Shown here: positions 19,676 to 30,976 of the stretch, one piece after another
Layout of the letters: each line of letters begins with the position of its first letter
Numbering within the stretch: the first letter of the stretch is position 1
From: Vicinamibacterales bacterium
GTDB lineage: Bacteria > Acidobacteriota > Vicinamibacteria > Vicinamibacterales > 2-12-FULL-66-21
Length of the DNA stretch: 64,000 nucleotides
Direction: 5' to 3'
Assembly: GCA_048594885.1 (NCBI GenBank)
Contig: JBMDXB010000142.1
Span: 2,148 to 66,147, forward strand
Program-made: the position numbers and the translations under genes
Notes under the pieces: model-generated
What the model was told of the DNA's origin: nothing
Databases searched by the model: none
Seen by the model: the letters and a program-made list of their open reading frames with translations, nothing else

Positions 19676-20297
19676 GGTCGTGCTCGCGCGCGATTTCGAC
19701 GAAGCGCCTGAGGATAGCGACGCCCGCGTCGCTCGACTTTTCCGGGTGGAACTGCACGCCGAACGCGTTGTCCTTCTCGACCACCGCAGCGAAGTCGTCG
19801 TCGCCGTACGTGCACGTCGCGAGCGTGCAGGCGTCAACGGGCGCCGCGTAGGAGTGCGTGAAGTAGACGTAGGTTCCATCGCCGGTGGGGACGCCTGACG
19901 CCGACGGCCTGCGCGGGTGAAGCAGGTTCCACCCGACGTGCGGAACCTTGACGCGGTTGCCGCCCTCGACGCCGCCGCGAAGCCGCGTGCACCGCCCCTG
20001 GATGATGCCGAGGCCCGGCACGCCGGGTGCCTCGTCGCTTCCCTCGAACAGCCACTGCATGCCAAGGCAGATGCCGAACAGCGGCGTGCCCGCGTCGAGC
20101 GCCCTCAGGATCGCGTGCCGCCATGCGCCGGCAAGCGCTGCCGTCGCACGGAAGTGGCCGACGCCAGGAACGACGATCGCGGACGCGTCGTCGAGCGCGT
20201 CCGGCACCGCCGGCACGAACAGCTCCGCGCCCGCCGCGGCAAACCCCTTGCGCACCGACGTGAGGTTTCCGGCGCCGTAGTCAATCAGCGCGATCAC
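19665..20297 (-). CDS. hisH: Imidazole glycerol phosphate synthase glutamine amidotransferase subunit
   Basis: [12 protein letters not shown] ... GICLGMQ ... HSY(A). The GTG start overlaps the hisB stop (GTGA) and has an AAAGGA RBS. Confidence 0.8.
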   Translation of the reverse strand: MIALIDYGAGNLTSVRKGFAAAGAELFVPAVPDALDDASAIVVPGVGHFRATAALAGAWRHAILRALDAGTPLFGICLGMQWLFEGSDEAPGVPGLGIIQGRCTRLRGGVEGGNRVKVPHVGWNLLHPRRPSASGVPTGDGTYVYFTHSYAAPVDACTLATCTYGDDDFAAVVEKDNAFGVQFHPEKSSDAGVAILRRFVEIAREHDHAL

Positions 20298-20881
20298 AAG
20301 AGTCCTTTGGTGCTCGGCAGCATGCGCGCCATGCGTCGATCCTTCTCGCACGCGACGCGCAGCGCCCGCGCGAACGCCTTGAACACCGCCTCGATCTGAT
20401 GGTGGCTCGAGCGGCCATACAGCACCTTGACGTGGACGTTCGCCTTCGCGCCCTGCGCGAACCCCTCGAAGAAATCGGTCACGAGCTCGGCCTGCAGATC
20501 ACCGACGCGCCGCACTTTCAGCCGTAGATCCACGGCGGTATGCGTGCGACCGCCGAGATCTATCGCGGCGACCGCGAGCGTCTCGTCCATCGGCATGACG
20601 AAGTAGCCCGCGCGATTGATGCCGCGCCGCGATCCGAGCGCCGCCGAGACGGCTTCGCCGAGCGCGATGCCGAGGTCCTCGACGGTGTGATGCTGATCGA
20701 CATCGAGATCGCCCTCGGCTTCGACGCTGAGGTCGAACGCGCCATGACGCGCGACGAGCTCCAGCATGTGATCGAGGAAGCGGATGCCGGTGCTGACGTC
20801 GTACCGGCCCCTGCCCTCGAGCGTCAGCCGCAGCGCGATACGCGTTTCCTTCGTCACCCGATCGACTACTCCGCGCCGCAC
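20294..20881 (-). CDS. hisB: Imidazoleglycerol-phosphate dehydratase
   Basis: [16 protein letters not shown] ... FLDHML ... HH motifs. GTG start preceded by a GAGGAGG RBS. Confidence 0.85.
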   Translation of the reverse strand: MRRGVVDRVTKETRIALRLTLEGRGRYDVSTGIRFLDHMLELVARHGAFDLSVEAEGDLDVDQHHTVEDLGIALGEAVSAALGSRRGINRAGYFVMPMDETLAVAAIDLGGRTHTAVDLRLKVRRVGDLQAELVTDFFEGFAQGAKANVHVKVLYGRSSHHQIEAVFKAFARALRVACEKDRRMARMLPSTKGLL

Positions 20882-21915
20882 AGGACCTCCTCGATTGCCG
20901 CGATGCACTGTCGTGTGTGTTCGACGATCCCTGCCGTGATGCGGACGCAACCCTCGCATCCTGGATCGCCAGACCGATCGCGGATGTAGATGCCCCGTTG
21001 TGCCAGGCCGTCGACGACGGTCGTGCAGGAAGCGCCGAACGCGGCGAGCACGAAATTCGCCTCGCTGCGCCAGTACTTCACCCGCAGTCGATCGAGCGCT
21101 TCGTACAACAGCGCCTTCGACTGCACCACCTCGTCCAGATACCACCGGTAGTACTCCTCGTCAGCGAACGCCACGGGCAAGGCAATTGCGGATGCGCTGT
21201 TCAGCGTGTACGGCGGAATGACGCGCTTCATCAGCGCGAGTGTTTCCGGCGCCGCGACCAATGCCCCGGCGCGCAGACCCGCAAGACCATACGCCTTCGC
21301 GAACGTCCGCCCGGCGATGATGTTCGGCAGCCGCGCGCACGCCTCGTCGTGAACGAAGCTGTCGCCGGCGAAGTCGCCGTACGCCTCGTCCAGGAAGATC
21401 GCCGCTTTCGGTGCTGCGCGCGCGACGTCGATGATGGCATCGCGCGGAATGAGCTGGCCGGTCGGGTTGTTCGGGTTCGTCAGGAAGATCAGCCGGGTCC
21501 TTGAGGTGATGGCGCCGAGGACGGCCCGCAGCGGAAAGGAAAAGTCGGCGCCGAGCGCAACTTCGACGATCCGGCCGCCGACCGCGTCCGCGCACGCGGC
21601 ATACATGTCGAACGCGGGCACGACGATGATCGCCTCGAACGGCTCGTTGACCGGGCTGCCGCGCAGTGCCGCGATCGACACCGCCAGGATCCCGTCGTCC
21701 AGTCCGTTCGTCAGCAGGACCTGATCTGGGCCCACGTTCAGTCTTCGCGCGCAGGCGTCCACGACCTCGTCGTACTCAGGGTAGAAAGCCACCTGCTCGC
21801 CGGTGATCTGTCGCAGTGCTGCCAGGACCTTCGGCGAGCATCCGGCGGTGTTCTCGTTCAAATGCAGTCGCAGACCGCCGGCCGGTGTGGAGACGCGTTC
21901 GTACTCGAAACCCAT
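20866..21915 (-). CDS. hisC: Histidinol-phosphate aminotransferase
   Basis: MGFEYERV ... [12 protein letters not shown] ... [13 protein letters not shown] (the PLP-lysine region). Confidence 0.85.
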   Translation of the reverse strand: MGFEYERVSTPAGGLRLHLNENTAGCSPKVLAALRQITGEQVAFYPEYDEVVDACARRLNVGPDQVLLTNGLDDGILAVSIAALRGSPVNEPFEAIIVVPAFDMYAACADAVGGRIVEVALGADFSFPLRAVLGAITSRTRLIFLTNPNNPTGQLIPRDAIIDVARAAPKAAIFLDEAYGDFAGDSFVHDEACARLPNIIAGRTFAKAYGLAGLRAGALVAAPETLALMKRVIPPYTLNSASAIALPVAFADEEYYRWYLDEVVQSKALLYEALDRLRVKYWRSEANFVLAAFGASCTTVVDGLAQRGIYIRDRSGDPGCEGCVRITAGIVEHTRQCIAAIEEVLCGAE

Positions 21916-23162
21916 CACGCGCGCTCCAGGCGGACGCCGATCGACGCCGCGTGCGCGGTAAGGCCTTCGGCGTTGGCCAGCGCGATTGCTGCCGGACCGA
22001 TGCCTTTTAAGCCCGCACGCGTAACCGTCTGCACCGAGTTGACGCGGACGAAATCCGCGGCGCTGAGGCCGCCTCGCGCGCGCGCGGCGCCGCTCGTCGG
22101 CAGCACGTGATTCGATCCGGTCGCGTAGTCGCCAGCGGCCTGCGCGCTGAAGCGGCCAACGAAGATCGTGCCGGCACGTGTCAGCCGCTTCGCCACCGCC
22201 GCCGAGTCGCACACGGCGTGCTCCGGCGCCATCCGCTCGCTCAGCGCGATCGACTCGTCCAGCGACGTGGTGACGACGATGCCGCCGTTGCGGCGGATGG
22301 CAACGCTCGCCGGCCCCTCCGCGGGCATCTGGCGCTCCACCTGTCGAGCGACGGCGTTCGCCAACCGCTTGCTCGGCGTCAGCAGGATCGCCCGTGCGTC
22401 CGGATCGTGCTCGGCCTGAGCAAGAAGGTCCGCGGCAATCCATTCGGGGTTGCCGCCGGCCGACACGATCAGGATCTCGCTGGGGCCGGCGAAGAAATCG
22501 ATGGCACAGTCGGCCGCGACGAGCGCCTTTGCGCTCGCGACGTAGGCGCTTCCGGGACCGACGATCTTGTCGACGCGCGGCACGGTGCGTGTTCCGTACG
22601 CGAGCGCGGCGATCGCGTGCGCGCCGCCGACGCGAAGCAGCGACGTGACGCCCGCCTCGAGTGCCGCGAACATGACGGTCGGATCCGGCTTCGGGCAGAC
22701 GGCAATCACTTCGCGCACGCCGGCCACGCGCGCGGGGATCGCCGTCATCAGCAGCGAGGAGGGAAGCGGGTAGCGGCCGCCCGGCACGTAGCAGCCGACG
22801 CGATCGAGTGGCGTGACCCGCTGCGCGATGCGCACGCCCGTGACCGGAGCCACCCTCCGCGAGCGGGGCAGTTGTGCCCGCGCGACGGTGCGGATGTTGT
22901 GCGCCGCCGTGCGGATAGCGCGGCGGACGAGCGCCGGCACGGGGCGAATCGCCTCCTGCATCTCCTCGCGTGCGATCGTCAGCGGCGCGCCGGCTGGCAG
23001 CCCGTCGAACCGCCGCGCGAACTCGAGCAGCGCCCGATCGCCCTCGGCGCGCACGCGATCGACGATGTCGGCGACGCGACGCTCGAGCGCCGGGTCGCGG
23101 CGCGGCCGCCGATCGAGCAGCGCGGCAACGGCACGCCGGTTGGACGATGGAATGATTCGCAT
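21915..23162 (-). CDS. hisD: Histidinol dehydrogenase
   Basis: MRIIP ... EGDRALLEFARRFD ... CYVPGGRYPLPSSLLM ... AQAEHDPDA are HisD motifs. The start shares 1 nt with the hisG stop. Confidence 0.9.
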   Translation of the reverse strand: MRIIPSSNRRAVAALLDRRPRRDPALERRVADIVDRVRAEGDRALLEFARRFDGLPAGAPLTIAREEMQEAIRPVPALVRRAIRTAAHNIRTVARAQLPRSRRVAPVTGVRIAQRVTPLDRVGCYVPGGRYPLPSSLLMTAIPARVAGVREVIAVCPKPDPTVMFAALEAGVTSLLRVGGAHAIAALAYGTRTVPRVDKIVGPGSAYVASAKALVAADCAIDFFAGPSEILIVSAGGNPEWIAADLLAQAEHDPDARAILLTPSKRLANAVARQVERQMPAEGPASVAIRRNGGIVVTTSLDESIALSERMAPEHAVCDSAAVAKRLTRAGTIFVGRFSAQAAGDYATGSNHVLPTSGAARARGGLSAADFVRVNSVQTVTRAGLKGIGPAAIALANAEGLTAHAASIGVRLERA

Positions 23163-24055
23163 CACATCACGATCTTGTTGAGCGGGTACTCGACGATGCC
23201 CTGTGCGCGGGCCGCCTTGAGGCGCGGAATCAACTCGCGCACGGTGCGCTCCTCGATGATCGTGTTCAGCGCGACCCACTCGCCATCGCTGAGCGGTGAC
23301 ACCGTCGGCCGCTGCAGCGCCGGCAGGAGCGACAGCACGTTCTGGAGATCCGAGACCCGGACGTTCAGCATGATGCCGACGCGCCCCTGTGCCTCGATGG
23401 CTGCTTTCAGCAGCAGCGCGATGTTGTCCACCTTCGTGCGCTTCCATTCGTCGTTCAGCGACGCGGCGTTCGCGATCAACTGCGTGTTGGATTCGAGAAC
23501 CGTGTCGATGACGCGCAGCCGGTTCGCGCGCAGCGACGAGCCGGTCTCGGTGACCTCGACGATCGCGTCGGCGAGCGTCGGCGGCTTCACCTCGGTGGCG
23601 CCCCACGAGAACTCGACCGTGACGTTGACGCCATGCTTCGCGAAGTACGCCTGCGTCGCGCGCACCAGCTCGGTCGCGACGGTGGCACCTTCGAGATCGC
23701 GCACGTCGCGGTAGCGCGAGTCCTCAGGCACCGCGAGCACCCAGCGGACCTTGCCGAAGCTTTGCTTGGCATAGACGAGATCGGCGATCGGCACGATCGA
23801 AGCGCCGCCGCCGTTGGCCGCGGCGTGCTCGGCGATCCAGTCCTGTCCGGTGAGTCCCGCGTCGAGCACGCCGTCGGCGACGTAGCGCGCCATCTCCTGC
23901 GCGCGGATCAGCATGCACTCGATCTCGGGGTCGTCAATCGTCGGAAAGTACGACCGCGAGCTCGCGTAGATGTTGAACCCCGCCCGCGCGAACAACTGGA
24001 TCGTCGCGTCCTGCAGCGACCCCTTCGGTATTCCCAACCGCAGCTTTTGAGTCAT
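23162..24055 (-). CDS. hisG: ATP phosphoribosyltransferase (long form with C-terminal regulatory domain)
   Basis: [27 protein letters not shown]. The ORF track's upstream extension is encoded by the G-rich repeat and was discarded. Confidence 0.85.
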   Translation of the reverse strand: MTQKLRLGIPKGSLQDATIQLFARAGFNIYASSRSYFPTIDDPEIECMLIRAQEMARYVADGVLDAGLTGQDWIAEHAAANGGGASIVPIADLVYAKQSFGKVRWVLAVPEDSRYRDVRDLEGATVATELVRATQAYFAKHGVNVTVEFSWGATEVKPPTLADAIVEVTETGSSLRANRLRVIDTVLESNTQLIANAASLNDEWKRTKVDNIALLLKAAIEAQGRVGIMLNVRVSDLQNVLSLLPALQRPTVSPLSDGEWVALNTIIEERTVRELIPRLKAARAQGIVEYPLNKIVM

Positions 24056-24125
24056 CGTTCTCTCGGCCCCCCGGCCCCCCGGCCCCCCGGCCCCCGGCCC
24101 CCCGGCCCCTCGGCCCCCCGGCCCC
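24056..24125. repeat. G-tract minisatellite (GGGGGGCC)n on the transcribed strand, filling the whole hisI-hisG intergenic spacer
   Basis: The plus strand reads ctcggccccccggccccccggccccccggcccccggccccccggcccctcggccccccggccccc. The mRNA strand carries eight or more G5-6 tracts. Confidence 0.85.
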
Positions 24126-24437
24126 CTAGCTCCCAAACTCCCTGAAGCAGCTTCGGGTTCCGGTGTGGCAGACGTTGCCGTCGCCGAGGCGCGTCACCTT
24201 CAACACCAGCGAGTCATCGTCGCAATCGACGAGGATCTGTTCGACCTTCAGCCGGTTGCCCGACGTCTCGCCTTTCATCCACAGCTTCTGGCGTGTGCGG
24301 CTGTAGAAGGTCGCGAAGCCGCTCTCGAGCGTGCGATCGAGCGCGTCCTGGTTCATGAAGCCGACCATCAGCACTTCGCCCGAAGCGTTGTCCTGAATCA
24401 CGGCCGGAATGAGCCCGTCCAGTTTTGAAAAGTCCAT
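24126..24437 (-). CDS. hisI: Phosphoribosyl-AMP cyclohydrolase
   Basis: [29 protein letters not shown] ... CHTGTRSCF identifies HisI. Confidence 0.85.
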   Translation of the reverse strand: MDFSKLDGLIPAVIQDNASGEVLMVGFMNQDALDRTLESGFATFYSRTRQKLWMKGETSGNRLKVEQILVDCDDDSLVLKVTRLGDGNVCHTGTRSCFREFGS

Positions 24438-24443
24438 AAACGC

Positions 24444-24477
24444 AAAAAGCCCCGCTGAATCTCTCCAGCGGGGCTTT
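24444..24477 (-). terminator. Rho-independent terminator-like hairpin (GCCCCGCTG-gagagatt-CAGCGGGGC + UUUUU on the minus strand), 7 nt upstream of the hisI ATG
   Basis: Perfect 9-bp GC-rich stem followed by CTTTTT on the minus strand. Confidence 0.6.
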
Positions 24478-24595
24478 GGAAGTTGCGACCGTTTCGTGGT
24501 CTGGTTCAGCGCATTCGCAACTCGACCGGCCCGCCGGAGCAGGATGCATGGTGATGCCGGTGATGATGCTGGACGCGTGCCATTGGCATGTTAGT

Positions 24596-24626
24596 AGGGG
24601 CGGAGCTTGCTCCGCCCACACCGTGC
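24596..24626. repeat. REP-like hairpin GTAGGGGCGGAGC-TTGC-TCCGCCCAC
   Basis: Perfect 9-bp stem. The same core recurs at 26590-26640 and, reverse-complemented, at 46895-46920. Confidence 0.7.
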
Positions 24627-24630
24627 AAGC

Positions 24631-26370
24631 CTATCGTGCGGTCAGGCGCGGCGTCAAGCCGGCGGGGATCGACACCTTCGAATCCGCGCTGCGCGTGTCG
24701 TTCGCGCCGTAGGCGACACCGTCGGGTCCGATCCAGATCGAATGCGCGTCACCCTGGCGTCCCTGCGCGCGCACGTCGTGCCCGAGCGCCTTCAATTGCG
24801 CGAGGATCTCTGCCGTCACGCGCCCGTCGTCTTCGAGCGTCGCGCGATCCGGCAGCCACTGATGATGCAGTCGAGTCAGGTCTACGGCCTCGCGGCCATT
24901 CAGCCCGTACTCCGTCACGCCGAGGACAACGGTCAGCACCGTGTTGATGATCGTCCGCCCTCCGGGCGACCCCGTCAGCAGCACCACCTTCCCGTCCTTC
25001 AGCACCATCGCCGGCGTCATCGAGCTGAGCATGCGCTTGCCGGGATCGATCACGTTGGCGGACGTGCCGATGTCGCCGGTCAGGTTCGTCTCGCCCGGCT
25101 TCTTGTTGAAATCGCCCATCTCGTTGTTCAGGAGGAACCCGGCGCCTTTGACGACCACGCGCGAGCCGTACCCTCCTTCGAGCGTGTAGGTGTTGACCAC
25201 GGCCATGCCACTGCGATCGATCACCGAGAAGTGCGTGGTCTCATCGGACTCGGTGGTGGCGACGGTGACGATGTCCTTGCCGAGCTCGACGCTGCTCGCG
25301 GCCTTGTTCATCTCGATGCCGGAGGCAAGCTGCTTCGCGTACGGCTTCGACGTGAGCCGCGCAACCGGCACGTTCACGAAGTCCGGATCGCCGAGATGCC
25401 GCGCGCGATCGAGGTACGCGCGCTTCATCGCCTCGATCTGGAGGTGCAGCGCCGGCGCCGTGAGCAGGCCTTTCGATTTCAGATCGAACGGCTCGAGGAT
25501 GTTGAGCATCTCGATGAGCGCCACGCCGCCCGAGCTCGGTGGCGGCATCGACACGATCTCGTGGCCGCGATACCTGCCGCGCACGACCTTGCGCTCTTTC
25601 GCCCGGTAGGCGGCGAGGTCCCGCTTCGTGATGATTCCGCCGTTGGCCGCCATGTCCTCGGCGATGCGGTCGGCGATCCAGCCCTTGTAGAAGACGTCGG
25701 GTCCGTCCGTAGCGATGGCGCGCAGCGTGCGCCCGAGATCCGTGAGCACGAGTCGGTCGCCTTCCCGCCATTGGCCGCCGCCCGGCTTGCCGTACGCGGC
25801 GACGGAGGCAGGAAACCTGCCCATCGCGCCTTCGAGCTGCGCGCTCAAGCCGCGCGCGAGGCTGGCGGACATCGTGAAGCCCTGCTCCGCGAGCTCCACC
25901 GCAGGCATGACGACGTCCTTCCATGGCAACTTGCCGTACTTGCGATGCGCGAGCTCGAGGCCGCGGACGGTGCCGGGAACGCCGGGCGCCAGGTATCCAG
26001 ACGCCGTCAGGCTGCGGTCGATCTTGCCGTCCGCGCCGAGATACATCGTCCGCGTCGATTTGAGCGGTGCCCGCTCGCGATAGTCGAACGCCGACGTCTT
26101 CCCGGACGGTGTGCGTACGATCATGAAGCCACCGCCGCCGATGTTGCCCGCGCTCGGGTGCGTGACGGCGAGCGCGAACGCGGTTGCGACAGCCGCGTCG
26201 ACAGCATTGCCGCCGCGCGCCAGAACCGATGCACCTGCGTCGCATGCCGGCGCGGACGTGCACACGACCATGCCGGTTCGCGACGGGACGCCCGGCTCCG
26301 CCACGGCGCGCACGGGCACGCGCACGAGCGCAATCGACAGGCACACAACAAGCCAGCGACAAGATCTCAT
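24631..26370 (-). CDS. ggt: Gamma-glutamyltransferase
   Basis: Signal peptide, then GGT motifs (TTHFSVIDRSGMAVV, GGYGSRVVV), giving 579 aa. Confidence 0.85.
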   Translation of the reverse strand: MRSCRWLVVCLSIALVRVPVRAVAEPGVPSRTGMVVCTSAPACDAGASVLARGGNAVDAAVATAFALAVTHPSAGNIGGGGFMIVRTPSGKTSAFDYRERAPLKSTRTMYLGADGKIDRSLTASGYLAPGVPGTVRGLELAHRKYGKLPWKDVVMPAVELAEQGFTMSASLARGLSAQLEGAMGRFPASVAAYGKPGGGQWREGDRLVLTDLGRTLRAIATDGPDVFYKGWIADRIAEDMAANGGIITKRDLAAYRAKERKVVRGRYRGHEIVSMPPPSSGGVALIEMLNILEPFDLKSKGLLTAPALHLQIEAMKRAYLDRARHLGDPDFVNVPVARLTSKPYAKQLASGIEMNKAASSVELGKDIVTVATTESDETTHFSVIDRSGMAVVNTYTLEGGYGSRVVVKGAGFLLNNEMGDFNKKPGETNLTGDIGTSANVIDPGKRMLSSMTPAMVLKDGKVVLLTGSPGGRTIINTVLTVVLGVTEYGLNGREAVDLTRLHHQWLPDRATLEDDGRVTAEILAQLKALGHDVRAQGRQGDAHSIWIGPDGVAYGANDTRSADSKVSIPAGLTPRLTAR

Positions 26371-26389
26371 GGGACAAGAGGATACAACG

Positions 26390-26550
26390 GGTCCCTCGTC
26401 CCTGGTCCCTGGTCGCGCGTCCTTGGTCGCGAGTCCCTGGTCACAGGTCCCTCGTCATAGGTCGATGCGTTGCCGATGACGGGACCCGCGACCCGGGACC
26501 CGCGACCCGGGACCAGGGACCCGCGACCCGGGACAAGGGACCAGGGACCA
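26390..26550. repeat. Heptamer palindromic minisatellite (GGTCCCT/GGTCGCG ... CGGGACC/AGGGACC) in the divergent ggt/glgX promoter region
   Basis: Tandem 7-mers and their reverse complements, read directly from the sequence. Confidence 0.85.
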
Positions 26551-26658
26551 ACGGACGCGTGCTCCTGTGGCACAGGACTTGAACGCGCGTAGGGGCGGAC
26601 CTTGATCGGCCCTATAGGACGGAGCAAGCGCCGCCCCCACGTCGCACAAGTCCTGAAC

Positions 26659-28788
<2,130 letters not shown>

Positions 28789-28789
28789 G

Positions 28790-28835
28790 TCCCTGGTCCC
28801 TGGTCCCGGGTCCCTGGACCGGGGCGCGCCCCTCA
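28790..28835. repeat. Short GGTCCCT-type hairpin repeat downstream of glgX (terminator-like)
   Basis: gtccctggtccctggtcccgggtccctggaccgggg, with the CCGGGTCC/GGACCGG stem. Confidence 0.6.
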
Positions 28836-28852
28836 CTCGTTAGAATGACGAC

Positions 28853-29599
28853 GTGCGCCCCGTGTGCCTCGTGCTTGCCGCCGCCATCCTGGCGTGCGGC
28901 AGAGACGAACCGCTGCAGGTTTCTGCCCCCATCAGCCTGACGGACGTGATGACGGCGGTCGAATCCGCCTACTCGGCTGCTGGCGGCGTACCGACGCGCA
29001 TCAGCTACGGCAGCTCCAACGGCCTCGCGCACCAGATCGTGAAGGGGTTCCCGTCCGCCCTCTTCATCAGCGCCGACGAGCGGCAGATGGACGTCGTCGA
29101 ATCCGCCGGCCGGATCGTGCCCGGCACGCGCGTCAAGCTGCTCGGCAACCGTGTCGCGATTATCGCGCGCCGCGAGACGGCGCTCACCGACGCGCGGTCG
29201 TTGACGGGAGCGGCGATCCGCCGCATCGCCATCGGCGATCCGGAAGCGGTTCCGGCCGGCGTGTACGCGCGCCAGTATCTCGAACGGCAGGGCCTCTGGA
29301 ACGCGCTGCAGCCGAAGCTCGTGCCGCTCACGAACGTCCGTTACGCGATCAACGCGGTCGACTCCGGCGCCGCCGACGCCGCGTTCGGCTACGAGAGCGA
29401 CGCCGTCCGCATGGCGCGCAGCCACATCGTCATCGTTCTCGACGGACCGGATGCGCCGTCTGTCATCTATCCGGCCGCGATCGTCCGATCGGGAGGGCGG
29501 AGCGAACAGCAGGCGGCGCGTTTCCTGGAGTTCTTGTGCGGCGAGGAAGCGGCTGCGATTTTCGCACAGCGGCATTTCGTCCCGCTGCGGTGCCGGTGA
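28853..29599 (+). CDS. modA: Molybdate ABC transporter substrate-binding protein
   Basis: Signal peptide plus ModA-like motifs (ISYGSSNGLAHQI ... FISAD). Confidence 0.8.
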   Translation: MRPVCLVLAAAILACGRDEPLQVSAPISLTDVMTAVESAYSAAGGVPTRISYGSSNGLAHQIVKGFPSALFISADERQMDVVESAGRIVPGTRVKLLGNRVAIIARRETALTDARSLTGAAIRRIAIGDPEAVPAGVYARQYLERQGLWNALQPKLVPLTNVRYAINAVDSGAADAAFGYESDAVRMARSHIVIVLDGPDAPSVIYPAAIVRSGGRSEQQAARFLEFLCGEEAAAIFAQRHFVPLRCR

Positions 29600-29603
29600 T
29601 CGA

Positions 29604-30269
29604 ATGCACATCTGGCAGATCACCTCGTTCACGATTGCGATGGCACTGCTGGCGACCGTGCTGATGCTGCCGCCCGGCATTCTGGTGGGCTGGCTGCTTG
29701 CACGGCGCCGCTTTCCCGGTCGCGTGCTGGTCGAGACGCTCGTGTCGCTGCCGCTCGTGATGCCGCCGGTCGCGACCGGGCTGCTGCTCCTGACGCTCGT
29801 CGCGCCGGCGGGTCCCGTCGGACGCCTGCTCGCGCACGCCGGCATCGACATCGTCTTCACCTGGAAGGGCGTCGTGCTGGCGATGGCGGTAATGGGACTC
29901 CCGCTCGTCGTCCGCAGCGTGCGCGCGGGTGTGGAGCAGGTGGACAGCCGGCTCGAGGCGGTCGCGTCGACGCTCGGCGCGCCGCCGTGGCGCGTGTTCT
30001 ATTCGATCACGCTGCCGCTGGCGCTCCCCGGCGTGCTCGCCGGCGCGATCCTCGGGTTCGCGCGCGCGCTCGGCGAATTCGGCGCGACGATCATGGTGGC
30101 CGGCAGCATTCCTGGTTCGACGCGAACGCTTGCCATCGCGATCTATTCCTTCGTTGAGACCGGCCGCGAGAACGACGCACTAACCCTCGTGGCGATCAGC
30201 GGTGCGATCGCGTTCGCGGCATTGTGGTTGTCGAACTGGCTCTCCGCGCGGACGGGGCTGCGGTCGTGA
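29604..30269 (+). CDS. modB: Molybdate ABC transporter permease
   Basis: MHIWQITSFTIAMALLATVLMLPPGILVGWLLARRRFPG with the EAA-loop region GAPPWRVFYSITLPLALPG. Confidence 0.8.
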   Translation: MHIWQITSFTIAMALLATVLMLPPGILVGWLLARRRFPGRVLVETLVSLPLVMPPVATGLLLLTLVAPAGPVGRLLAHAGIDIVFTWKGVVLAMAVMGLPLVVRSVRAGVEQVDSRLEAVASTLGAPPWRVFYSITLPLALPGVLAGAILGFARALGEFGATIMVAGSIPGSTRTLAIAIYSFVETGRENDALTLVAISGAIAFAALWLSNWLSARTGLRS

Positions 30270-30976
30270 TCACGCTCGACTTCGTGCTGCGGCAGGGAGA
30301 GTTCGAGCTCGAGATCCACGAGCGGATCGACGTCCGCGTCACCGCGCTGTTCGGTCCGTCGGGCGCCGGCAAGACCACGGTGCTCGACGCGATCGCGGGG
30401 CTGCGCACGCCGGCGCACGGAACGATTGCCGTCGGAGAGCGGCAGCTCTTTTCGTCGGGGGAGGCGGGGAGCCGGGGGGCCGGGGAGGCGGGGAGCCGGG
30501 GAGCCGGGGGGCCGGGGAGCCGGGGGGCCGGGGAGCCGGGGGGCCGCACGATCAATCTGCCGCCGCATCAGCGTCACGTCGGCTACGTCACCCAGGACGT
30601 CGCGCTCTTTCCGCATCTGAACGTGCGGCGCAACGTGCTCTACGGTCAGCGGCACGGGCAGAAGCTCGATCTGACGACGGTCGCCGGGATGCTGGAGGTC
30701 GGCTCGCTGCTCGACCGCCACGTCCACCAGCTCTCAGGCGGAGAGAAGCAGCGCGTCGCGCTCGCGAGGGCGCTGATGTCGGCGCCGTCGGTGCTGCTGC
30801 TCGACGAGCCGCTCGCAGCCGTTGACGTCGAGCGGCGCCGCCGGATCCTGCCGTATCTCGAGCGCGTTCGCGATCAGCTCGCGGTGCCGATCATCTACGT
30901 GACGCACGATCAGGAGGAGCTGCGGCGCATCGCCGACCGCGTCATCACGCTCGCCGACGGCCGTGTGACTACGTAG
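30266..30976 (+). CDS. modC: Molybdate-type ABC transporter ATP-binding protein carrying an in-frame Gly-rich minisatellite insertion
   Basis: Walker A GPSGAGKT, signature LSGGEKQR and Walker B LLLDEP. The GTG start overlaps the modB stop. Residues GEAGSRGAGEAGSRGAGGPGSRGAGEPG are encoded by the G-tract repeat at 30458-30546. Confidence 0.75.
   Translation: MITLDFVLRQGEFELEIHERIDVRVTALFGPSGAGKTTVLDAIAGLRTPAHGTIAVGERQLFSSGEAGSRGAGEAGSRGAGGPGSRGAGEPGGRTINLPPHQRHVGYVTQDVALFPHLNVRRNVLYGQRHGQKLDLTTVAGMLEVGSLLDRHVHQLSGGEKQRVALARALMSAPSVLLLDEPLAAVDVERRRRILPYLERVRDQLAVPIIYVTHDQEELRRIADRVITLADGRVTT

Noticed and set aside
19665-20351. Longer hisH start at 20351 ([10 protein letters not shown]...), which would overlap hisB by 57 nt.
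   Set aside because: The GTG at 20295-20297 gives the canonical [13 protein letters not shown]-terminus with an AAAGGA RBS and a GTGA overlap with the hisB stop. The longer form has no RBS and a non-conserved N-terminus.
23162-24136. N-terminal extension of hisG ([27 protein letters not shown]...) suggested by the ORF track.
   Set aside because: The extension is encoded by the G-tract minisatellite. Canonical HisG begins at [12 protein letters not shown], with the ATG at 24053-24055.
28790-28852. Molybdenum-cofactor riboswitch upstream of modA.
   Set aside because: Only about 60 nt separate the glgX stop and the modA start. This is far too short for the Moco riboswitch, and no conserved Moco RNA motifs are visible.
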